Origin: Candidatus Binatia bacterium
GTDB lineage: Bacteria; Desulfobacterota; Binatia; UBA9968; JAJDTQ01
Direction of reading: 5' to 3'
Length of the DNA stretch: 64,000 bases
Assembly (NCBI GenBank): GCA_963666515.2
Contig: OY762897.2
Span: 4,256,001-4,320,000 of the forward strand
This document shows positions 17,550 through 27,990 of this stretch, in pieces. Position 1 is the first letter of the stretch. The number at the start of each line of letters is the position of its first letter. The notes below the pieces were generated by a model. It ran no database searches. It saw only the letters and a program-made list of their open reading frames with translations, and was not told the origin of the DNA. Both the position numbers and the translations under genes were made by a program.

Positions 17550-18821
17550 CTAGCCTCGCCGCCGGGGCACGTGTCGAGCAGGCCCGGAGACGCGTGTGTC
17601 GCCCTCGGGGCTCGCGAGTTGTCGTTCCAGCGCGGTGAATGCCTCGATCAGTTCAGGCGCCTCGAAAGCGCGATTCCGCCGGCCCACGGTGATTTGCGTA
17701 AGGACGCCTGCGTCCACGAGCCGGTTCATCGCCTGGCTGGTCGCCTGGAATGACCGGCCGATCAACGCCGCGGCGGTGGAGGTGGTGAGCACTGGCGCCG
17801 CGGGGAGGGCGTCGATCAGAAGGCGGGCCGCCGAGTCACGGCGGATGGGTCCGACCCGCTCATGCCAGGAGTCCAGCAGTGCGCGCACCCGCTCCTCGAA
17901 TCGGCTGGCGTCCCCGACTGCCCGGTGACAGGCGGACGCAAAGAGCGCGATCCAGCGATTGATCCCTGCATGGGCCTCCGCGGAGTCGGCAGCACCGACG
18001 TAACGGGTCCCCATCAGGCCGCTGACATAGTCCCGCGACCATGTAGCGAGGACAAGAGAGACCGGAGGGAGGACGCGGAGCCCGACCCCCCGGCGGCGCA
18101 TCACCAAGTGGAAAAGCACCCGCCCGGAGCGTCCGTTGCCGTCCACGAAGGGGTGGATCGTTTCGAACTGGGCATGGGCGACCGCGGCCTGTGCCAGCGC
18201 TGGAAGCGAGTCGTTATTGCAGAACGTGAACAGGTCGTCCAGCAGACCGGCCACGGCCTCTGGCGGCGGCGGCACGAACTCAGCGGAGCAGGGGTTGTAG
18301 TCACTGCCGCCGATCCAGTTCTGGACGTCGCGGATTCGGCCCGCATGCGCCGTGAGGCGTGTGCCGGCCAGCAGACGGCGGTGCACCTCCAACAGGGTTT
18401 CGATGGTTATCACGCCGCCAGACTCGACGTCGGTCACCCCCCGGACCATTGCATCGATGTTGGCGAGCACCTCGGCGGCCGTGAGGTCGCGGGGCGCCTC
18501 TTCAAGTTGCCGTGCGGCATCGGCGCGTAGCAGCCGCCGTCCCCCCACTTCGAGCCCTTCAATGCGGGACGAGGCAACGCACTCGGCGCGTAGCAGGAGC
18601 CGGGCCAGCGCCTCGGTGCCGGCGAGCGCGCCCGCAGTGGCGTCGAGCCGCACCAGCGCGGCCTCGGCATCGGCAACGTCCGCGGCAACGTCACCGTCGA
18701 GGACGAACGAGCGGCCGGCCAGTGCATCAGGCAGGTAGACCGCGTAGTCGCATGGGCTGCGGTCGCGCCGGGTCAGTCCAGCGGCTTCTCCCTCCCAGCG
18801 CCGCTTTTGCGTATGTGCCAT
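17550..18821 (-). CDS. Fic family protein (N-terminal DUF4172-like region, C-terminal HTH)
   Basis: HPFVDGNGRSGR Fic motif; ASSRIEG; QNWIGG. Confidence 0.92.
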   Translation of the reverse strand: MAHTQKRRWEGEAAGLTRRDRSPCDYAVYLPDALAGRSFVLDGDVAADVADAEAALVRLDATAGALAGTEALARLLLRAECVASSRIEGLEVGGRRLLRADAARQLEEAPRDLTAAEVLANIDAMVRGVTDVESGGVITIETLLEVHRRLLAGTRLTAHAGRIRDVQNWIGGSDYNPCSAEFVPPPPEAVAGLLDDLFTFCNNDSLPALAQAAVAHAQFETIHPFVDGNGRSGRVLFHLVMRRRGVGLRVLPPVSLVLATWSRDYVSGLMGTRYVGAADSAEAHAGINRWIALFASACHRAVGDASRFEERVRALLDSWHERVGPIRRDSAARLLIDALPAAPVLTTSTAAALIGRSFQATSQAMNRLVDAGVLTQITVGRRNRAFEAPELIEAFTALERQLASPEGDTRVSGPARHVPRRRG

Positions 18822-18839
18822 GACCCCCTTTCTTTATTT

Positions 18840-18859
18840 AAGGATAATATATTTTCCTT
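18840..18859. promoter_or_regulatory. AT-rich imperfect palindrome upstream of fic (putative operator/promoter)
   Basis: AAGGATAAT-AT-ATTTTCCTT in an AT-rich patch just upstream of the start. Confidence 0.4.
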
Positions 18860-18952
18860 GAATTAGAAAGGGAGCAGTTCAAGGTTCCTCAGGATATCCC
18901 GAGCGGCGTTGAGAGCCGGGCGCCACCTGCGGAGGCAAGACCGGCGCTCGCT

Positions 18953-19900
18953 TCAATGCCAGAAGCCGTGACGCCGCACCACCTCGATGTAGTCCGCGAG
19001 CCCTTTCTCCAGAGTGTACTGCGGCTTGTAGCCGAGAACGCTTTCGGCCGCGGACACGTCCACGCGGGGGCGCCCCTTGCCCGCGCCGGCGCCCTCGGCC
19101 AGCTCGACGGCGCGTCCCGGCAGCAGCCGGTGCAGCGCCCGCACGAAGTCCTGGGGACCGTAGTTCCTGCCCACGGCGATGTTGAAGGACTTGCCGGGCG
19201 CGTCCTTGGCGGTGCAGGCCAGAGCGATGCCGCGGCCCACGTCCGCGGCGTAGACGAAATCGTTGGGTCCCACGTGCCGGGCCTCGAGCCGGATCGGCCC
19301 CTCGCCGACGCACGCGCGCACCAGGTCGTTCATGGCGATGCCGCCGCCGGAGCCGCCGCGATAGTGTCCGGGGCCGTACACGCCGCTGGGCCGGATGCGC
19401 ACGCACTCCATGCCGTAGTAGTTCTCGTAGGCGTCCAGGAACACTTCGTTGGCCACCTTGGTGGCCGGGTAGAAGCGGTTGCCCCAGCGCGGCGCGTCCT
19501 CCCTGACCGGTCCCTTGCGGATGTTGGCCCAGTCGTAGACGCCGAAGGTGCTGACGTGCACCAGCCGCTTGACCCGGGTGATCTGGCAGGCCTCGAAGAC
19601 GTTCACCGATCCCACGGTGTTTGTGCGGAAGCCGCGGTAGGGCGGGCTCTCCACCTGACCGCCGATGAGCCCGGCGGTGTGCACCAGCACGTCCGGCCTG
19701 GCCTGCGACAGGGCGCGAAGCAGGTTGGGCATGTCCAGCAGGTCGCCGCGCACCGTGGTCACGCGTTTCATTCCGGCGATGGCCGCGACGTAGTCCGGGT
19801 CGGGACTCAGGTCGTAGAGGTGGACCGAGTGGCCCTCCCGGGTCAGCTCCCTGGCGGTGTTGCATCCGAGCATTCCGGCTCCGGTGATGAATACTTTCAT
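18953..19900 (-). CDS. NAD-dependent epimerase/dehydratase (extended SDR)
   Basis: MKVFITGAGMLG, VHTAG, STFGVY, YPATK, VYGPG; AGGAGG RBS. Confidence 0.9.
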   Translation of the reverse strand: MKVFITGAGMLGCNTARELTREGHSVHLYDLSPDPDYVAAIAGMKRVTTVRGDLLDMPNLLRALSQARPDVLVHTAGLIGGQVESPPYRGFRTNTVGSVNVFEACQITRVKRLVHVSTFGVYDWANIRKGPVREDAPRWGNRFYPATKVANEVFLDAYENYYGMECVRIRPSGVYGPGHYRGGSGGGIAMNDLVRACVGEGPIRLEARHVGPNDFVYAADVGRGIALACTAKDAPGKSFNIAVGRNYGPQDFVRALHRLLPGRAVELAEGAGAGKGRPRVDVSAAESVLGYKPQYTLEKGLADYIEVVRRHGFWH

Positions 19901-19980
19901 GGGGTTCCTCCTGAACGAAAATTTCCTGTTGACCGGTGCGCTGCCGAAGTATATTTTGGGCGCATCGAGGATCACGAACC

Positions 19981-20463
19981 ATGGCGAATAAAACGACAAT
20001 CGAGTTGCAAGTCAACGGCGTCAGCCGGACGGCCGAGGTCGAGCCCCGGTTGCTGCTGGTGCATTACCTGCGCGACGTGCTGGGCCTGACCGGGACCCAC
20101 ATCGGCTGCGAGACGAGCCTGTGCGGCGCCTGCACCGTCATGGTGGACGGCGCCGCGGTGAAGTCCTGCACGCTGCTGGCCGTTCAGGCGGACGGGTGCG
20201 AGGTCCGGACCATCGAATCGCTCGCCACCGACGACGGGCTTCATCCGATACAGGAGGCGTTCTGGGAGTGCCACGGGCTCCAGTGCGGCTTCTGCACGCC
20301 GGGCATGATCATGGCCACGCAGCAGCTTCTCCAGGAGAACCCGAGCCCCTCGGAGGAGGAGATCCGCCACGGGCTCGAAGGCAACATCTGCCGCTGCACC
20401 GGGTACAAGCATATCGTCGACGCGGTGCAGCAGGCCGCGGAACAAATGAAAGCTGGGACGTAA
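19981..20463 (+). CDS. coxS: CoxS-type (2Fe-2S) small subunit
   Basis: [32 protein letters not shown]. Confidence 0.92.
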   Translation: MANKTTIELQVNGVSRTAEVEPRLLLVHYLRDVLGLTGTHIGCETSLCGACTVMVDGAAVKSCTLLAVQADGCEVRTIESLATDDGLHPIQEAFWECHGLQCGFCTPGMIMATQQLLQENPSPSEEEIRHGLEGNICRCTGYKHIVDAVQQAAEQMKAGT

Positions 20464-20466
20464 GCC

Positions 20467-22794
20467 ATGCCGGTAAGCAAGCTCGTTGGAACCAAGGTCA
20501 AGAGGCGTGAAGACCCGCGCCTGGTGCAGGGTCTCTCGCACTACGTGGACGATCTGCGGATGGCCGACGTGATGCACGTGGCCATCCTGCGGAGCCCCCA
20601 CGCCCACGCCCGCATCAACGGCATCGACACGGACGCCGCCGCGGCGCTTGCCGGAGTCGTCAGCGTGGTCACCGGCGCGGACATCGGCGACAGCGTGGGC
20701 TCGGTGCCCTGCGCCGCGGCCAACCCGACGCTGCGCACGCCGCCGCACCCGGTGCTGGCCCAGGACGAGGTGCGCTACGTGGGAGAGCCGGTGGCCGCGG
20801 TGGTGGCCGGGGACTCCTACACCGCCCGGGACGCCCTCGACCTGATCGAGGTGGACTATGAGCCGCTGCCGGCGGTGTCGGACCTGGAGAAGGCGCTGGA
20901 GCCGGGCTCGCCGCTGGTCCATTCGCAGTGGGACAGCAACCAGGCCTTCACCTTCGAGTGCGGCACCGGGGACATGGACAAGGCCCGCGCCGAGGCCGAC
21001 GTCGTCGTCAAGCAGAAGTTCATCCACCAGCGGCTCGCGCCCATTCCGGTGGAGACCCGCGGCGTGGTGGCCCGGTATTTCCCCGGCGAGGACGAACTGA
21101 CCGTGTGGAGCTCGACCCAGATCCCGCATCTGCTACGGGCCATGCTGGCGCTCATGCTCAACTTCCCGGAGCACCGCATCCGCATCATCGCTCCGGAGGT
21201 GGGCGGCGGCTTCGGCTGCAAGCTCAACGTGTACCGGGAGGAGGGCCTGCTGGCCCACCTGGCGATGAAGCTCAAGGGCACGGTGAAGTGGATCGAGGGG
21301 CGCCGCGAGAACATCCAGGCGACCATCCACGGACGCGGACAGGTGGGCACCGTGGAAGCCGCGGTGAAGAAGGACGGCACGATCCTGGGCGTCACCTACG
21401 ACAGCCTGCTGGACACCGGCGCCTATCACCAGCTCCTGACGCCGGGCATGCCGCCGCTCACCGGCCTGATGATCAGCGGCTCCTACAAGATCCCGACCCT
21501 GAAGTTCACTTCCACCGGCGGCTTCACCAACAAGGTCGCCACCGACGCCTACCGCGGCGCCGGCAGGCCCGAAGCCACCCTGGTGATCGAGCGCACCATG
21601 GACCTGATCGCGCGGGAGTTGGACATGGACCCGCTGGAGGTGCGCCGCAAGAACTTCGCGCAGCCCTCGGATTTCCCGCTCTCGGTGGCCACCGGGCTCG
21701 CCTATGACAGCGGCAACTACCAGGCGGCGCTGGACCGGGCGCTGGAGATGGTGGGGTATGAGGAGCTTCGCGCCGAGCAGAAGCGGCTCCGGGAGGAAGG
21801 CCGCTACATGGGCATCGGCTTCTCCACCTACGTCGAGATCTGCGCCATGGGACCGTCCGCGGCGCTGCCGGCGGGGGGATGGGAGAGCGGCACCGTGCGG
21901 CTGGACTTCACCGGCAAGACCACCGTGCTGACCGGCGTTTCGCCCCACGGCCAGGGTGAGGAGACCACCTTCGCGCAGATCGTCTCCGACGAGTTGGGCG
22001 TCCCCATCGAGGACGTGGCCGTGCTCCACGGCGATACGGCCGTGGTGCCCAACGGCATCGGCACCTTCGGCAGCCGCGGCATCTCGGTAGGCGGCACCGC
22101 GGTGTACATGGCGACCCAGAAGGTCAAGGAGAAGGCCGAGGCCATCGCCGCCAACGTGCTGGAGTGCAGCGCCGAGGACCTGGAGTTCGAGGACGGCAAG
22201 TTCTCGGTCAAGGGCGTGCCCGACAAGGGCATCACCATCCAGGAGGTCGCCCTGCAGGCCCACGTGGCCACCAAGCTGCCCGCCGGCATGGAGCCGGGAC
22301 TCCAGGCGACGTCGGTGTTCGAGCCCTCGAACTTCACGTTCCCCTTCGGCACGCACATCTGCGTGGTGGAGGTGGACACCCAGAGCGGCGAGATCGAGAT
22401 CAAGAAATATGTAGCGGTGGACGACTGCGGCAAGGTCATCAACCCGATGATCGTGGACGGCCAGGTGCAGGGCGGCATCGCCCAGGGGCTGGGACAGGCG
22501 CTCCTGGAAGAGGTGGTCTACGACGAGGACGGCCAGCTCGTCACCGGCAGCCTCATGGACTACGCCGTGGCCCGGGCCGAGGACCTGCCGGAACTGGAGT
22601 TCGACCGCACGGAGACACCGTCGCCGGTGAACCCCATGGGTGTCAAGGGAGTGGGCGAGGCTGGCACCATCGGCTCCACGCCCTCCATCGTCAACGCCGT
22701 GGTGGACGCGCTGGCCCCGTTCGGCGTCACCCACATCGACATGCCGCTCAAGCCCGAGAAGATCTGGCGCCTGTGCCAGGGCGGCGCGAAGTAA
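20467..22794 (+). CDS. coxL: Molybdenum hydroxylase large subunit, form II CoxL type
   Basis: RREDPRL, VGGGFG, active-site loop AYRGAGRPE (form II, not AYxCSFR), PHGQG, GTFGSR, KGVGEAG. Confidence 0.9.
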   Translation: MPVSKLVGTKVKRREDPRLVQGLSHYVDDLRMADVMHVAILRSPHAHARINGIDTDAAAALAGVVSVVTGADIGDSVGSVPCAAANPTLRTPPHPVLAQDEVRYVGEPVAAVVAGDSYTARDALDLIEVDYEPLPAVSDLEKALEPGSPLVHSQWDSNQAFTFECGTGDMDKARAEADVVVKQKFIHQRLAPIPVETRGVVARYFPGEDELTVWSSTQIPHLLRAMLALMLNFPEHRIRIIAPEVGGGFGCKLNVYREEGLLAHLAMKLKGTVKWIEGRRENIQATIHGRGQVGTVEAAVKKDGTILGVTYDSLLDTGAYHQLLTPGMPPLTGLMISGSYKIPTLKFTSTGGFTNKVATDAYRGAGRPEATLVIERTMDLIARELDMDPLEVRRKNFAQPSDFPLSVATGLAYDSGNYQAALDRALEMVGYEELRAEQKRLREEGRYMGIGFSTYVEICAMGPSAALPAGGWESGTVRLDFTGKTTVLTGVSPHGQGEETTFAQIVSDELGVPIEDVAVLHGDTAVVPNGIGTFGSRGISVGGTAVYMATQKVKEKAEAIAANVLECSAEDLEFEDGKFSVKGVPDKGITIQEVALQAHVATKLPAGMEPGLQATSVFEPSNFTFPFGTHICVVEVDTQSGEIEIKKYVAVDDCGKVINPMIVDGQVQGGIAQGLGQALLEEVVYDEDGQLVTGSLMDYAVARAEDLPELEFDRTETPSPVNPMGVKGVGEAGTIGSTPSIVNAVVDALAPFGVTHIDMPLKPEKIWRLCQGGAK

Positions 22795-22832
22795 ACGGGT
22801 AACGAGAGTCAGACAGATAGCGAGAGCCGATC

Positions 22833-23690
<858 letters not shown>

Positions 23691-23714
23691 GAGCCTGTCC
23701 GAGCAATCGAATTT

Positions 23715-23790
23715 CAGGGGGCGACCGCGGGCCGCCCCTACACATGCGCCAGCGATGAACCCCATGTAGGGGCGACCCGCGGTCGCCCTG
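23715..23790. repeat. GTAG-family REP doublet (REPIN-like), copy 1
   Basis: GGGGCGACCGCGGGCCGCCCCTAC and inverted GTAGGGGCGACCCGCGGTCGCCC separated by about 24 bp. Confidence 0.85.
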
Positions 23791-23850
23791 GTTCCGATAG
23801 TGAGGCCGGCGGCCTGCTGGCCTCACGCCGACCCCCACAAGGAATGGATC

Positions 23851-24267
23851 ATGCCCAAGGCGCCCAGCGGCCTGATGGGAATGCGCCACATTGCCCTCAA
23901 CGTGAAGGACATGGAGCGCTCGAAAGCCTTCTACCAGGACGTCCTGGGCATGGAAGTCGTGTGGCAGCCCGACCCTCAGAACGCCTACTTGAGCTCCGGC
24001 GTCGACAACCTCGCCCTCCACGAAACCCCCGGCGACCGGGCGCCCGCCGCCACCTCGTCACTCGACCACCTGGGCTTCATCGTCTCCGACATCGGCCGAG
24101 TCCAGGAGTTGGAAAAGGAGTTCCGCGCCCGACAGGTCACCATCATCAAGCCCTTCAAGCGCCACCGCGACGGCAGCGCCTCCTTCTACTGCGCCGACCC
24201 CGACGGCATCGTCATCCAGATGCTCTACGAGCCGACGCTGAGCAACCAGAGGATCGGCGGGGAGTGA
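23851..24267 (+). CDS. VOC/glyoxalase family protein
   Basis: MRHIALNVKD, FYQDVLGM, LDHLGF, SFYCADPDG. Confidence 0.88.
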   Translation: MPKAPSGLMGMRHIALNVKDMERSKAFYQDVLGMEVVWQPDPQNAYLSSGVDNLALHETPGDRAPAATSSLDHLGFIVSDIGRVQELEKEFRARQVTIIKPFKRHRDGSASFYCADPDGIVIQMLYEPTLSNQRIGGE

Positions 24268-24288
24268 GGGGACCAGCAGTATCTCGTA

Positions 24289-24912
24289 TCAGCAGTTCCC
24301 GTCGTTTCGGCTGATCAACCCTGACAGCGTGGTGAACAGCCGTTCGCAATGGCCGCATCGTTGGCGCACCGTCGTGGGGTTAATCCGTTGAAGAAGGTGT
24401 CGAGCATGCCGGATCTTGTGGTAGGCTCCCTTCCGTGTCCCTGCGGTGGCGCGAGTCAGACGCTCAGCGACCTCGCGTTTGTCCACTTCCTCAAGATTCT
24501 GGTGTTGAGGGAGAGCATTCTCCTGGAAACCCTGACCGTAGTAGCCCCTGAGCGCGACCTTGTCCGCAACGATCCATGTTTCCATTGTCTGAACCATGAG
24601 ATGAATCCTCTCGCCGTCGATGTCTTGGAGGTCCCATCCATCCCGCATCGTCAAATGATCAACGGGCTCGATGTTGACCGGCGCTTCTGAATCGACCAGA
24701 AGAACGACGATCCCTGGTTCACCGTTCATGAGTTCGTTTTGGAAACGTTTGTGTGCCTCGTTGCGCGAACCGCAACAAACCAGCTTCCAGTGCCAGTTCC
24801 GGGCACGGCAGGCGTCCTTGATTTCGGCCAGAAATACCTCCATGCCCTCACGCAACGCGGCTTTGGAGTTGTTGCCGTCCCCGCCACCCTCCATATAAAT
24901 CGCGACGTTCAC
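24289..24912 (-). CDS. DUF4276-like protein (RloB/TOPRIM-like partner of the ABC ATPase)
   Basis: IYMEGGG, CGSR, LLVDSE, LMVQTMETWIVAD, YHK motifs; GTG start overlaps the ATPase stop (GTGA); lower GC. Confidence 0.75.
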   Translation of the reverse strand: MNVAIYMEGGGDGNNSKAALREGMEVFLAEIKDACRARNWHWKLVCCGSRNEAHKRFQNELMNGEPGIVVLLVDSEAPVNIEPVDHLTMRDGWDLQDIDGERIHLMVQTMETWIVADKVALRGYYGQGFQENALPQHQNLEEVDKREVAERLTRATAGTRKGAYHKIRHARHLLQRINPTTVRQRCGHCERLFTTLSGLISRNDGNC

Positions 24913-26114
24913 GGATTCGCGCCCAACTCGCCCATCCGCCACAAGTCGCCGAGGGCGTAATCCTTTAGCCAATCGGCAAGCTTGGCTGAGTCAAGGCGGC
25001 GAAGTACGGTTCCGTCTTCGATTCGTTCGCAGGCGACGACAGTGTCTGGTTCGGCGGTCAGGGCGGAAACCAACGCGTCCGAGTGAGTGGCGACAATGAG
25101 TTGCATACGTTCGGACGCCTCAACCATGAGATCGGCGACAAGGGAGACGGCGTCGGGGTGCAAACCCAATTCCGGCTCGTCGATGCAGACCAAGGGAGGC
25201 GGCGAAGGTGTTAGCAACGTGGCAAGAAGCGCCACAAATCGGATAGTGCCGTCAGAGAGACGAGTCGCCGGCACCGGGGTACGGAAGCCTTTCTCGTGCA
25301 GGTAGAACTGGACTGTGCCGCCTGACAGCATGGTAGACATCCTTTCGAAGCGGGGAAAGAAGCGCTTGAGCAGCTTGTTGAAGTCCCGTGAGGCATAGCT
25401 GTGTTCGATCTTGTTAAGGATCAAGGCGAGGTTGCTGCCGTCGGGAAGTAGACGATCGTCGGGAAGGTCTGCCGGCTGAGGTTTGCGGGGTGCGGTGTAG
25501 CGTCCGAAAGTCCAATCCCGGACTATCTGTATTTTGCCGAACTGGCGACCTAACCAAGTGAGTTCCGGATAGAGTTTCGGGTCCTTGATCTGTGCCAGAA
25601 CGGATTGGTCCGAGCGCAGTTCATGTCGCTCGATTCTGCGCGGCGATCCGTATATTGCCGCGATCTGGTCCTTTACGTTGATGGCAGGGTCACCCTGCTG
25701 AAAGCGGTAATAGAAATATGGATCTTGAAATCCCTGTTGAGGTTTTGTCTCCTCGATAGCTTCGTCGAACACCTCCACGCGTATGTTGTCGGTTTTGAAC
25801 TCAAGGCGATAACGGAGTGCTCGTTCGGTAGGTGTCGTTACGCCGTCGTAGCTGTCACCGGTTTCCACCTCAATTTTGGCGACCCTTCTCAAGTTGTCTC
25901 CCTTCCACAACCACTCCAACGCCCCGCCGCCCTCGCGTATCGCCGCGGCGAAATCGGTCGGTGTCGCGCCAAGGAGTTCGATGGCTTCGATGATGTTCGA
26001 TTTGCCGGATCCGTTCGGGCCGATGAGAACATTGAGAGCCTGAAGTTCCAGGGGCGACATATTGGGCGCAAACGACAGGAGTCCCTGCATTTTGAGGCTA
26101 CGGATGAATTGCAT
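24909..26114 (-). CDS. ABC/SMC-like ATPase (AAA_21/AAA_15 type)
   Basis: Walker A GPNGSGKS, signature LSDGT, Walker B IDEPELGLHP, H-loop ATHS, C-terminal LGDLW..GELGANP. Confidence 0.9.
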   Translation of the reverse strand: MQFIRSLKMQGLLSFAPNMSPLELQALNVLIGPNGSGKSNIIEAIELLGATPTDFAAAIREGGGALEWLWKGDNLRRVAKIEVETGDSYDGVTTPTERALRYRLEFKTDNIRVEVFDEAIEETKPQQGFQDPYFYYRFQQGDPAINVKDQIAAIYGSPRRIERHELRSDQSVLAQIKDPKLYPELTWLGRQFGKIQIVRDWTFGRYTAPRKPQPADLPDDRLLPDGSNLALILNKIEHSYASRDFNKLLKRFFPRFERMSTMLSGGTVQFYLHEKGFRTPVPATRLSDGTIRFVALLATLLTPSPPPLVCIDEPELGLHPDAVSLVADLMVEASERMQLIVATHSDALVSALTAEPDTVVACERIEDGTVLRRLDSAKLADWLKDYALGDLWRMGELGANP

Positions 26115-26356
26115 GGCTACGGCCTCCCGATTCTTGAGCACATAACCGCCTGCATTGCGTATTGCACGAGTTTACCGCCATAAGGGGAAAAAGGCAGGGG
26201 CTTCAGTAATGTTTTCGTAGCCCCTTCCCTGCCATGTTGAGACCCCCGGACGAGAAGGTAGGCCCGGCAACAGAATTTTTGCCAAATATTTCATTGCGAA
26301 GGAGCCAACGGCAAAGCCCACGGCTCGTGTCGCCAGCCGAAGCCCCGGGCAACGGA

Positions 26357-27826
26357 TCATGAGGAGAGTTCTTGTGGTGACGCCCCCTGTGCAAGCCTCT
26401 TCGCTATCCTTTCCGCCGCGGCTTCGCCGCCTGCGATGCAGTCGGCGATGCCGACCCCGCGATAGCTCTTGCCGGCGAGGGCGAGGGTGGGAAACTGCTT
26501 GAGCCGACTCTCGATTCTTTCCACGCGGTCCAGGTGGCCTACATTGTACTGGGGCATGCAGTCGGGGTAGCGGGTGGTGCGGCAGAGGGTCGGTTCGCCG
26601 GAGATGCCGAGGAGCCTTTCCAGGTCCTCCCGGACTTGGGCTTCCAGGGCGCCGTCGGGCTGGTCGAGCAGTTCGGGTTGCAGGGCGCCGCCGGCGAAGC
26701 AGCGCAGCAGGGCGATGTCTTCGGGAGCCCTTCCGGCGTACTTCACGCTGCTGAAGGTGCACGCCATGATCTTCCGGCCTTCCACGTGGGGGACCACGAA
26801 GCCGTAGCCGTCGAGGGGGTGGGTGATATCGCTCCGGCGGTAGGCAAGGTTGACCGTGGCGGTGGAAGAGAAGGGGATCGCTTCCAACTCGCCGGCCAAC
26901 TCCGCGTCCAGCGTTCTCACGGTATCCGCAGCGGCGGACGCCGGCAGCGTGCAGATGACGGCGTCGGCCTCCAACCCGCCGGAACTTTGGTTCGAACCGG
27001 CTCGGCCGGTGGCGACGCGCCAGCGGCGGGCGTCCGGGTTCCAGGACAGCGCCCGGACCGTTTCGCCAAGGCGGACCACGCCGGGACCAAGCGCCTCCTC
27101 GATTCGCCGCACGAGCACCTCCATGCCGCCGTCGATGCTGAGGAACAGGCTCCAGCGCGCGCCGGTCTCCTCCTCCGCCTGCGCCCGTCGTTTCTGGGCC
27201 CGGCGGCTTCCGAGAATGACGCTGCCGTGGTTGCGCTCCATCTCCGGGAACCGCGGCATGGTGGCGGCCAAGCTGAGGGCCTCCGGGTCCGAAGCGTAGA
27301 TGCCGCCGATGAGGGGCTGGGCGACGCGCTCCAGGACCTCCCGGCCCAGCCGGCGGCGCACGAACGAGGCTAGGCTCTCGTCGCCGTCCTCGGAGCGCCT
27401 GGGGATCAGGGGCTCCATTGCCATGCGGAGCTTGCCGCCGCAGGAGAACAATGGACTGCGCAGCACCGAGTCCACCCGGGTGGGCGCCATCAGCAGGAAC
27501 CCTTCCGGGAGCGGTTCCAGAGCGCCGCGGTGGACGGTATAGAGCTTCAACCCGGCGGCTTGCTGCGGCGCGATGAGACGGTCTGCGAGCCCCAGACGCT
27601 CACAGAGGTGCAGCGCCGCGGGCTTGTCCGTGATGTAGGAATCAGGACCGAGCTCCAGGAGGAGATCCCCGGTATGCTCGGTGGCGATCACCCCTCCGAG
27701 ACGGTCGGAGGCTTCCAGCAAGGTGACCTGCAACTCCGGGGAACCGGCGCGCCCCAACTCCGTCAGCCGATGCGCGGCCGACAGGCCCGCGATGCCCCCG
27801 CCGATGACGATGATGTGTTTGGTCAT
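26357..27826 (-). CDS. hemG: Protoporphyrinogen/coproporphyrinogen oxidase (HemY type)
   Basis: IGGGIAGLSAA, LLEASDRLGG, ELGPDS, GIYA, GYGFVVP, PQYNVGH, GVGIADC. Confidence 0.93.
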   Translation of the reverse strand: MTKHIIVIGGGIAGLSAAHRLTELGRAGSPELQVTLLEASDRLGGVIATEHTGDLLLELGPDSYITDKPAALHLCERLGLADRLIAPQQAAGLKLYTVHRGALEPLPEGFLLMAPTRVDSVLRSPLFSCGGKLRMAMEPLIPRRSEDGDESLASFVRRRLGREVLERVAQPLIGGIYASDPEALSLAATMPRFPEMERNHGSVILGSRRAQKRRAQAEEETGARWSLFLSIDGGMEVLVRRIEEALGPGVVRLGETVRALSWNPDARRWRVATGRAGSNQSSGGLEADAVICTLPASAAADTVRTLDAELAGELEAIPFSSTATVNLAYRRSDITHPLDGYGFVVPHVEGRKIMACTFSSVKYAGRAPEDIALLRCFAGGALQPELLDQPDGALEAQVREDLERLLGISGEPTLCRTTRYPDCMPQYNVGHLDRVERIESRLKQFPTLALAGKSYRGVGIADCIAGGEAAAERIAKRLAQGASPQELSS

Positions 27827-27850
27827 TCCTGCGACACGGCGCAATTCCGC

Positions 27851-27921
27851 CAGGGGCGACCGCGGGTCGCCCCTACGGGGTTCATCACTGGGTGTGTAGG
27901 GACGACCCGCGGTCGCCCCTA
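27851..27921. repeat. GTAG-family REP doublet (REPIN-like), copy 2
   Basis: GGGGCGACCGCGGGTCGCCCCTAC ... GTAGGGACGACCCGCGGTCGCCCC; spacer GGGGTTCATC matches the reverse complement of the copy 1 spacer. Confidence 0.85.
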
Positions 27922-27990
27922 TTCGGACAGCCCTCCAGGGTCAGAACTTGTCTTTTCCAGCAAAAGCAACTGGTTTAATTGAAGTTCTCG

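Noticed and set aside
21133-22734. Long antisense or alternate-frame ORFs (also 33938-35914, 35494-37653, 53875-56538, 58200-59696)
   Set aside because: Shadow ORFs of real genes caused by high GC3; no recognisable motifs.
23715-27921. Possible composite mobile element bounded by the two REP doublets
   Set aside because: The interval includes the housekeeping hemG and a host-like VOC gene; no transposase or target duplication was seen.
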